Shown here in pieces: positions 31,151 through 38,322 of a DNA stretch of 64,000 nt. Each line of letters starts with the position of its first letter. The first letter of the stretch is position 1. Source of the stretch: Calditrichales bacterium. Its GTDB lineage: Bacteria; Calditrichota; Calditrichia; Calditrichales; J004. Below the pieces are notes generated by a model that searched no databases, was not told the origin of the DNA, and was given only the letters and a program-made list of their open reading frames with translations. Both the position numbers and the translations under genes were made by a program. The DNA lies in contig OZ254086.1 of assembly GCA_965267575.1 (NCBI GenBank), positions 224,001-288,000 on the forward strand, given 5' to 3'.

Positions 31151-31287
31151 TGTTCTTCCTCCGCGGCTTCGCGTTTCTCCAGCCAGGCCAGTTCGTCTTC
31201 GCAGATAGCGGCTTCTTCACTCTCCGGCCAGCCGCTCTTTATTTCCGTAAATAGCGTACGTGCTTCTTCCCACTGTCCGTCGCATTG
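31147..31287 (-). pseudogene. 3' remnant of a TPR-like gene coupled to the toxin start
   Basis: GQWEEARTLFTEIKSGWPESEEAAICEDELAWLEKREAAEEEQ* with ATGA overlap; host-like GC content. Confidence 0.6.
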
Positions 31288-31346
31288 TCGCTACTACTTT
31301 TGGGACATGACCCTTAATAAAATACGACAAACTACAAAACTTGTAG

Positions 31347-32042
31347 TTACTCTAAGAGCCTAAATAGTAATTGTTCTTCTATATCAAATTGGTTGTTCTC
31401 ATATTTGTACAATAAAACATAATAGCTTATAACATTGCCCTTTTGTGTTTTAAAAAATTGTTCATAGTAATAGTTGCCATCTTCCATAACAATTTGATTA
31501 TTTGGCTCTATCTTATATTCATTAATGAGATAATTAAACTCGTCTTTATTTTCGGCGGCAAAAATAGTAGCTTCACTGCCTATAAAAATCTCACTCATTA
31601 TATTTATTATTTTATTAAAACTTGCCTTAGTAACATCTTCTAAAAAAAACCTATTTACGAAATCAATAATATTATTTTTATTTAGGTCATAGGTCTCATA
31701 ATCATATTCCCGAATGTGTATGGCAAAAATAACCTCGCTATCTATAAATATACTCTGAATGTCGTGTTCAGCTTTATAAAATCTAACATCATCAACTTTT
31801 TCGAGTAAAGTTAAAAGTATAGCGGTATCTGAAAGGCTTGTAACCTTATTAATTAGTGTAAACATCTCATTAACGTCTTTTTTGTTAACCTGTTCGTGAT
31901 GTTTCACGATTGAACGAACAAAATAAAACCTAGAAAAATCTTTAACTTCTTCTACGCTTAGTACGGTTTGTCCCTTACAAAAAAGCACTGTACTGAATAC
32001 GAAAAGAATTTGTATTAAGTAAGACATGCCCATTTTACTCAT
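31347..32042 (-). CDS. Exported protein, candidate immunity protein
   Basis: Overlaps the upstream toxin stop; hydrophobic N-terminus; AT-rich. Confidence 0.65.
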   Translation of the reverse strand: MSKMGMSYLIQILFVFSTVLFCKGQTVLSVEEVKDFSRFYFVRSIVKHHEQVNKKDVNEMFTLINKVTSLSDTAILLTLLEKVDDVRFYKAEHDIQSIFIDSEVIFAIHIREYDYETYDLNKNNIIDFVNRFFLEDVTKASFNKIINIMSEIFIGSEATIFAAENKDEFNYLINEYKIEPNNQIVMEDGNYYYEQFFKTQKGNVISYYVLLYKYENNQFDIEEQLLFRLLE

Positions 32043-33240
32043 TCTTTTTTTCCTCGGTTGGCGTGAATATTAATTCATCTAGTTCCTCATTAGACAAATC
32101 CTGATAATTATTATCTTCTTCTGTTTCTTCGTAATATTCACTTGTTGCTTGTGATTCGTTTGCCTTAGCTTCTTCTGTACAAACCCCACTCGATGACTTT
32201 ATTAAATGCGAATTATCAGGATTATTAACATTATAAAAGTTTGCTTGGTCTTCTGCAGAATTTAAATTTCCTTGCTCTATAGCATGCGTTGCTTCATTTG
32301 TAAGCGTACCTACTGCTTGTGAACCTGCAGGATAAAGCTTAGATGAATTATCTAAACTTATAGTGGTAATTGTTGTTACTTTCTTTTCGCTAAATTTGGA
32401 ATAATTAGATATTGTATTTGCGCGTGCATTCATCTTGCTTTTCGTTCTAAATAGCCACCGCTGATTTTTATTTTTAAGTACCTTATTGTGAAGAGCACGA
32501 TATTTTGCCGACGTTCTATATGCTTTTCTTACTGCCCATAGAACTTTATTATTTTTAGGTTTAATTACATCTTTTCCATTAGGATCGATAAATTTTAGTG
32601 GATTATTTGCAACATAACTGTATGTTGATAGCCTAGGATAAGAACCAGCATGGGGATCAACTGAGCCAAACCGACACACCGCCGCATCATAGTACCGTGC
32701 CCCAAAATAATAAAGTCCCAGCCCATTCTCATCATCAAGCTCTTTACCGGAGAATTTGTAGATATCATTGCCGGCACCGGATGTGTGGCTGCGGCCGGGC
32801 ATCCGTAAGCCAAAGGGATAGTAATCATCCTTACTGACGATTTCGCCCTGTTCGTCCACCGTAACCCGGATATTGCCCAGGTGGTCTTTCACAGAAAAAT
32901 GGTATTCCGGCTTACGCTTGATGGCGATCTGGTAGCTGTAATAATCTATCGCGCCTTCGTTGTCTTTTACTTTTAGCTTGATGGTGATGACGCAGTGGGT
33001 TTCCGTTTTGTCAAGCATGTAAGTTTGGGAAAAGCCGGAGCCCGTGCCGACCTGCTGGTCATCTATGTACCAGGTGTATTGGGTAATACTGCCGCCATCG
33101 GGATCGTAGCTGTCCAGCCCGGAGTAGTCGATGCGCTCCCCGGCGTAAACATACTGATCTATCGGGCTGATGATGGAAACGGGAGAGGCAGCAAGACTAA
33201 AGGCAAGAGTTGTTAAGACCAGTAAAATAGCTTTTTTCAT
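32035..33240 (-). CDS. PKD-Rhs core toxin with alternative signal peptide and zincin-like tip
   Basis: MKKAILLVLTTLAFSLAAS joined to the shared PVSIISP block; core ends NNPLKFIDPNG; tip has LTNEATHAIEQ...EEAKA. Confidence 0.82.
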   Translation of the reverse strand: MKKAILLVLTTLAFSLAASPVSIISPIDQYVYAGERIDYSGLDSYDPDGGSITQYTWYIDDQQVGTGSGFSQTYMLDKTETHCVITIKLKVKDNEGAIDYYSYQIAIKRKPEYHFSVKDHLGNIRVTVDEQGEIVSKDDYYPFGLRMPGRSHTSGAGNDIYKFSGKELDDENGLGLYYFGARYYDAAVCRFGSVDPHAGSYPRLSTYSYVANNPLKFIDPNGKDVIKPKNNKVLWAVRKAYRTSAKYRALHNKVLKNKNQRWLFRTKSKMNARANTISNYSKFSEKKVTTITTISLDNSSKLYPAGSQAVGTLTNEATHAIEQGNLNSAEDQANFYNVNNPDNSHLIKSSSGVCTEEAKANESQATSEYYEETEEDNNYQDLSNEELDELIFTPTEEKKNE

Positions 33241-33261
33241 TTTTAATCATCCGCAAAGGGA

Positions 33262-34428
33262 TTATTTCTTAGATTTTTCCAAAAGCTTGTTAAATAAGGG
33301 CAGCTGTTTAAAGGCTTCAGTCTTTATTTTTAAAGCCATATTATAGTCTTGAGCATCTTGGCTAAAATGCCTTGATGTTTCATATATTTTTAGGTTTTTG
33401 GATAAGAGCGTATATGCAGATTGATATTCTCTTTTGGCTAGCAATATCCTTGCTTTAACACGTACCGGAAAGATTAAATTCACCTCGCCCCAATCATATT
33501 TTTCTATGAGGTCAGAGCAGATACTTTCGGCGATATCATTATTTCGTAGTCCAGCATTGGCCTGTGCTACCCAGGTTTTAAGGTAAATATATCTCTGGTC
33601 ATAATCAGGATCGTCTTTATTTAATTCATTAAGCGCATACTCGAAGTGTTTGATACCTTCTTTTTCTTTTCGCCAGAGACAATATAATATTCCATAATCT
33701 TCGTGTATTTCATGTAGGGTAATAGCCTCAGGTGCGTATTTAAACAAAGCTTTTATATAAGATTCTGCTGTTTCAAAAGCCTTTTTTTTGGTAAAAACAT
33801 GACGCAGGATTCGTAAATTAGAAACTATGTTTATTTTATCCTTTAAGTATTTATTGGCTTTCAGCCCGTATTTTATAGCTTTATCATATTCTTCAAGCTC
33901 AAAAGCATATAAACTGGCGAGATAATAATTAGCTAATCCTGTGCCGGTCGAAAGGCCGTCTGCCTTTTTGTAGTATTCTTTGGCTTTCTCGTAGCCCCCC
34001 GTTTCTTCATAATTAGAACCGATATTTATATAACATCGTTCCTGATATTCAACACCTTCAGGGTCGGAAATACTCTCATAAATATTTAAACACTTGAAAT
34101 AGAAATCGTTTGATTTACTAAAATCTTTTAAGTCACTATACAAGCCGCCGAGACAATAATATATCTCTCCTAGTATTTCATCATCATTACCAGATATATT
34201 TTCTAATGCCGCCAAAAAATATTTTTCGCTTTTGCTGTCCTCATCTAATTGATGGTGCAAAATTTTGCCGACTTCAAAATCAAAAAGATACCCAAAGGGC
34301 GCATAGTCACCCTTAATTCGTAATAGACCTTCGCAGGCTTTTAACAACGCGTTTTGCTGTTCAGGAACATCTTTAATATAGTTTTCAATAACCTCTTTTG
34401 TCTTCTTTTTTGTTATTTTTTTATTCAT
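33262..34428 (-). CDS. Tetratricopeptide repeat protein
   Basis: Repeated TPR-like units (YYCLGGLY, YINIGSNY...YEKAKEYY); AT-rich; no signal peptide. Confidence 0.8.
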   Translation of the reverse strand: MNKKITKKKTKEVIENYIKDVPEQQNALLKACEGLLRIKGDYAPFGYLFDFEVGKILHHQLDEDSKSEKYFLAALENISGNDDEILGEIYYCLGGLYSDLKDFSKSNDFYFKCLNIYESISDPEGVEYQERCYINIGSNYEETGGYEKAKEYYKKADGLSTGTGLANYYLASLYAFELEEYDKAIKYGLKANKYLKDKINIVSNLRILRHVFTKKKAFETAESYIKALFKYAPEAITLHEIHEDYGILYCLWRKEKEGIKHFEYALNELNKDDPDYDQRYIYLKTWVAQANAGLRNNDIAESICSDLIEKYDWGEVNLIFPVRVKARILLAKREYQSAYTLLSKNLKIYETSRHFSQDAQDYNMALKIKTEAFKQLPLFNKLLEKSKK

Positions 34429-34476
34429 CTTCTTTGATCTCAGTCTCGTCTTTTTCTTCCTTCCTTTTTCTCTTTT

Positions 34477-34866
34477 TCAATATACCCTCAACCCCAAATA
34501 CTCTTCCATGGGATTAAAATCCTTGTCGGAGTGCAAAAGAGAAAAACCCTTTTCGATACAAAAAGTCCCGATAATAACATCAATCGTCTTTCTGATGGTG
34601 ACACCCTTTTTGCGCAAATAGCGGAAGTTTGTCGCGCTTTTTATGGCAAGCTCTTTTCCAAGCATATCGTAGCACTCCAGATGTTCAAATAAGGATTTGG
34701 CTTTTTCGAAATCCTTGTCCTTGTTAAAGCCCTGCAACACTTCCGTCAAAATAATATCGCCGGTTACGATATACTCCTGCCCGAGAATTGCCTCAAGCCG
34801 TGCCACCTGCGTTGTCTCCACGCCGTTGAAAAAATCAATCCAAACCGATGAATCCACCAGGATCAT
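34477..34866 (-). CDS. vapC: VapC PIN-domain toxin
   Basis: ILVDSSVWIDF, EVLQG, RKTIDVII, LLHSDKDF. Confidence 0.93.
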   Translation of the reverse strand: MILVDSSVWIDFFNGVETTQVARLEAILGQEYIVTGDIILTEVLQGFNKDKDFEKAKSLFEHLECYDMLGKELAIKSATNFRYLRKKGVTIRKTIDVIIGTFCIEKGFSLLHSDKDFNPMEEYLGLRVY

Positions 34867-35060
34867 GAATCTGTCCTGAGCTCATCCAGATCGCCGGTCC
34901 ATTTCAGTTTGCCTTTGTATTTGCGCAAGGATTCCTGTTTTTTCAGACGCACCAGAAGTTTCAGCGCTTCTTCAACGGCCTCCTTTTTAGTCTTATAGCC
35001 GCCAAGCTTTAAAGCCTGTTCGATAAGCTGGTCGTTTAATACAATATTTGTTCGCATCAC
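34863..35060 (-). CDS. vapB: VapB antitoxin
   Basis: MRTNIVLNDQLIEQA...TKKEAVEEAL...WTGDLDELR; overlaps vapC. Confidence 0.92.
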   Translation of the reverse strand: MMRTNIVLNDQLIEQALKLGGYKTKKEAVEEALKLLVRLKKQESLRKYKGKLKWTGDLDELRTDS

Positions 35061-35185
35061 AAACCCCTATGTGTATGAATTTTGAATATATACACATGCA
35101 CGGGTAAACGCCAATTTTAGTGCGTGAGCACTATGGGTTAAAGATTATGGTAAGCATAAATAATGAGGATATTTAAAAGCGGTAA

Positions 35186-35231
35186 TTATTTAGGAAAGTT
35201 TCGCAAAACTCTTATCAATTCTGATATTCAT
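35186..35231 (-). pseudogene. Deletion scar of a RelE-like toxin gene
   Basis: ATGA-coupled MNIRIDKSFA joined directly to ...NFPK* in another frame. Confidence 0.4.
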
Positions 35232-35428
35232 TTGCGCAGTTTGTTGAGAAATGAATCCGTGTCCACTCTTTGACCGGTGCGGCCTTTTTTTATGGCATTT
35301 GCCAAACCGATATCCTCCATTTCTTTGTCCGAAATAAGCCTAGCTTTAATGCCCATTTGAGCTATTTCTATCAAAAGCTTCAAATCTTCATCTGAATCGC
35401 TTTTCAGTATTGCTGTTTGCATATTCAT
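35228..35428 (-). CDS. Small antitoxin-like protein
   Basis: About 66 aa; EMEDIGLANAIKKGRTGQRVDTDSFLNKL is typical of antitoxins preceding RelE/ParE toxins. Confidence 0.55.
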   Translation of the reverse strand: MNMQTAILKSDSDEDLKLLIEIAQMGIKARLISDKEMEDIGLANAIKKGRTGQRVDTDSFLNKLRK

Positions 35429-35516
35429 ACTCTCGTGATTTTGATGTTTAAAATTTATTCTAAAAACGGGTGATGTCAAATAATGGTTTCAATCTTACAA
35501 CACAGTCTGTAAACTA

Positions 35517-36047
35517 TCACATTTCTCCAAAGGCCTTTTCAAAAACACCGTAATCTTTCTTTGAATAAAGCACAAAATGGATTTCCAGCCCGGCGTTGCT
35601 TTCATTTAAAAAATCAGCCGCGGTAGAAAGCATCAGCGGGGCGGCGCGCTCTATGGGGTAGCCAAAAATGCCCGTGCTGATGGCCGGAAAGGCGATGCTG
35701 TGCAAATCGTTTTCGACCAATACCTCCAGGCTACGGCGCGTGGCCGACGCCAGCTTGTTGTCCTCATCGCCCTCACCCATACGCGGTCCCACAGCGTGGA
35801 TCACGTGGCGCGCCTTCAGCTTGCCGCCACCGGTAATCACCGCGTCACCGGTTTTAACGGGCTTCAGCTTATTGCTCTCTTCCTGGATGCTTTGGCCGCC
35901 CTTGGAGACGATCGCTCCGGCCACACCGCCACCGTGAGCCAGCTGGTTATTGGCCGCGTTGACGATGGCGTCGCAATCCATTTCCGTCAAATCACCCTGC
36001 TCGATAATGATTTTTCCTTTATTGACAGCGCCTTCTTTCATTATCAC
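35517..36047 (-). CDS. Macro domain ADP-ribose-processing protein
   Basis: GDLT, AIVNAAN, GGGVAGAI, VIHAVGP, AFPAISTGIFGYP. Confidence 0.93.
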   Translation of the reverse strand: MIMKEGAVNKGKIIIEQGDLTEMDCDAIVNAANNQLAHGGGVAGAIVSKGGQSIQEESNKLKPVKTGDAVITGGGKLKARHVIHAVGPRMGEGDEDNKLASATRRSLEVLVENDLHSIAFPAISTGIFGYPIERAAPLMLSTAADFLNESNAGLEIHFVLYSKKDYGVFEKAFGEM

Positions 36048-37276
36048 ACCTCCGGACGTTGATAGACGATAGCGCCTTTTTTGATGGTCATATGCACATT
36101 GTTCATGCCGTAGTGGTAGGGCAGGTAGTCCAGATTAGGGATATCCCAGATGACCACGTCGGCCTGTCGGCCCGTTTCTATGCAGCCAATCTTGTCCTCT
36201 TCGGCGATGGCTTTGGCGGCGCCATAGGTCGTGGCCCATAACAGCTCCGCCGGCGTCATGCCCATCTTCAGCGCGGCGATGGTCCAGACAAGCGCCATGT
36301 TGTGCGTATGCGAGCTGCCGGGATTGTAGTCCGTTGCCACAGCCACCATGCATCCTTTGTCGATCATCTTACGGGCAGGGGCAAACTTATCCTTGCCCAG
36401 GAAAAACGTGGTGCCGGGCAGCAACACCGCGATGACACCGGCAGCGGCCATTTCTTCGATACCCTTGTCGGAAATTTCCACCAGGTGGTCGGCGGAGATT
36501 GCCTTCACTTCCGCGCTCAACTCGGCGCCGCCCAGGGCGTACAATTCGTCGGCGTGCAGCTTGGGCGTCATGCCGTATTTTTGCGCCGTCTTCAAAATCT
36601 TGCGGCTTTGCTCCACGCTAAACACGCCTTTTTCACAAAATACATCGCAAAAACGGGCCAGCTGCTTATCGGCCACTTCGGGAATCATTTCGTTGCAGAC
36701 CAGGTCCACGTAGCCGTTGCGGTCATCCTGATATTCATCCGGTATTTCGTGCGCGCCCAAAAAGGTGGGCACCATTTCCAGCGGCTGTTCGCGGTTCAGC
36801 CGGGCAATGATCTCCAGCGAACGCAGCTCGTCTTTGCGGCTTAACCCGTAGCCCGATTTAGCTTCGATCGTCGTCGTGCCATGGGTCAAAAAAGGCTTCA
36901 GGCGTTTACGGGTCAGGACTGTAATTTCATCATCGCTCATCTCGCGGAAACGACGAACGCTGTTGCGGATACCGCCTCCCGCTTCGGCGATCTCTTCATA
37001 GCTTTTGCCCTGCACGCGCATGATAAATTCGCTCTCGCGCGTCGGTCCAAAAACGGGATGCGTGTGGCAATCCACAAAACCGGGCAGCACCGTTTTGCCG
37101 CGGCAGTCGATTGTTTTATCGGCCGGCGGCAGGTCTTCATTTGCGCCGATCATACGGCTGATACGACCATTTTCAAGCAGCAGATGTATGCCGCCCAATT
37201 CACGGATTTCGCCAAAAGCGCTGCCGCTGAACGGCGTGTACAATCGCCCGATGTCTTTTAGCAGTAATGTTTCCAT
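36044..37276 (-). CDS. hutI: Imidazolonepropionase
   Basis: PGFVDCHTH, GGGI, EAKSGYGL, DVFCEKG, KLHADE, SADHL, ATDYNPGS. Confidence 0.95.
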   Translation of the reverse strand: METLLLKDIGRLYTPFSGSAFGEIRELGGIHLLLENGRISRMIGANEDLPPADKTIDCRGKTVLPGFVDCHTHPVFGPTRESEFIMRVQGKSYEEIAEAGGGIRNSVRRFREMSDDEITVLTRKRLKPFLTHGTTTIEAKSGYGLSRKDELRSLEIIARLNREQPLEMVPTFLGAHEIPDEYQDDRNGYVDLVCNEMIPEVADKQLARFCDVFCEKGVFSVEQSRKILKTAQKYGMTPKLHADELYALGGAELSAEVKAISADHLVEISDKGIEEMAAAGVIAVLLPGTTFFLGKDKFAPARKMIDKGCMVAVATDYNPGSSHTHNMALVWTIAALKMGMTPAELLWATTYGAAKAIAEEDKIGCIETGRQADVVIWDIPNLDYLPYHYGMNNVHMTIKKGAIVYQRPEV

Positions 37277-37671
37277 CAGCTTTTCTCCTTCCAGGTCGGA
37301 ACCGTTTTTTCGTCCACAAAGGCGATGGGGTTACCAAAGGGATCGGCGGCGTGAAACAGCCTTTCACCGTTGGGCGCTTCGCTTATCCCGGTATCGATGT
37401 TGGTAGCGCCGGCATTCTTTACGCGCACATAAGCGCCTTCCAGGTTAGGCACCGAAAAATAGAAATACTGCTTTTTCAGGTGCATCCAGCCCTGCCCCAG
37501 TTTGTCACCTTCGGCAAGCGGATCGTAGCACACCAGCGCGGTGCCTCCGCAGTTGAAATAATGGCGCCCCTTGGAGATGCGCTCCCCCTTCAGGTTCAGC
37601 GCCTTGCCATAAAATGCCGCAGCCTCATCGATGTCCGAAACAGGCAGCACAACGCGGTACAGGCGTACCAT
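37276..37671 (-). CDS. VOC/glyoxalase family protein
   Basis: VSDIDEAAAFY...DPFGNPIAF. Confidence 0.85.
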   Translation of the reverse strand: MVRLYRVVLPVSDIDEAAAFYGKALNLKGERISKGRHYFNCGGTALVCYDPLAEGDKLGQGWMHLKKQYFYFSVPNLEGAYVRVKNAGATNIDTGISEAPNGERLFHAADPFGNPIAFVDEKTVPTWKEKS

Positions 37672-37673
37672 CG

Positions 37674-38162
37674 CTACACCTCCTTCAGCGCCGTGGAGAG
37701 CTTTTCATAGCTTTGCTCCAGGGCTTCGGAAATCACTTTGGTACCGCTGATCACCGGCATAAAATTGGTATCGCCGTTCCAGCGGGGCAGCAGATGATAA
37801 TGCAAATGCTCCTCAATGCCGGCGCCGGCGGGACGTCCCATATTCATGCCCATGTTCATCGCATCAGGATTGTAAACCTTGCGAAATGCTTTTACCGTTT
37901 TTTGAATAACATTCTGGCAATCCAGCAGCTCTTTTTCGGTAAGCGCGGTAAAATCGTGCGTGTGCCGGTTGGGGACAATCATAACATGTCCGTTGTTGTA
38001 TGGGTAACGGTTCAAAATAACGTAGCAATACTCAGAACGATGCACGATCAGGCTTTTGGAATCATCTTTCCATTTCGGCAATTCACAAAAAATGCAGCCT
38101 TTGATTTCTTCTTCGTCACCCATGATATAGCTCATGCGCCAGGGTGCCCACATTACATCCAT
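37674..38162 (-). CDS. HIT family protein (Ap4A hydrolase/phosphorylase-like)
   Basis: WAPWRMSYI, CIFC, LNRYPYNNGH, HLHYHLLPRW. Confidence 0.92.
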   Translation of the reverse strand: MDVMWAPWRMSYIMGDEEEIKGCIFCELPKWKDDSKSLIVHRSEYCYVILNRYPYNNGHVMIVPNRHTHDFTALTEKELLDCQNVIQKTVKAFRKVYNPDAMNMGMNMGRPAGAGIEEHLHYHLLPRWNGDTNFMPVISGTKVISEALEQSYEKLSTALKEV

Positions 38163-38247
38163 AATATTATTTCCTCCGGATTTCATCCAAAATTCCAATC
38201 AACAATTATTTGCTTTCCGGGATGTAGAAATTTGCAATAATTTCCAT

Positions 38248-38279
38248 AAAAAAGCCCGGCATACTAAAACATACCGGGC
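38248..38279 (-). terminator. Intrinsic terminator after the EF-G gene
   Basis: GCCCGG...CCGGGC stem with an A run on the + strand. Confidence 0.65.
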
Positions 38280-38322
38280 CAAATATAGCAATAAATAACG
38301 ATTTATGCGGAATAGCGGATTT

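Noticed and set aside
21929-33240. Repeats as a diversity-generating retroelement or shufflon
   Set aside because: No reverse transcriptase or invertase nearby; all copies are co-oriented; differences look mostly synonymous rather than adenine-specific
21929-33240. Type VI secretion cargo
   Set aside because: No PAAR, VgrG or Hcp genes are visible and the proteins carry Sec-type signals
35517-36047. Macro domain as immunity against ADP-ribosylating toxins
   Set aside because: Coupled to hutI in a host-GC operon, and no ADP-ribosyltransferase tip was recognised in the array
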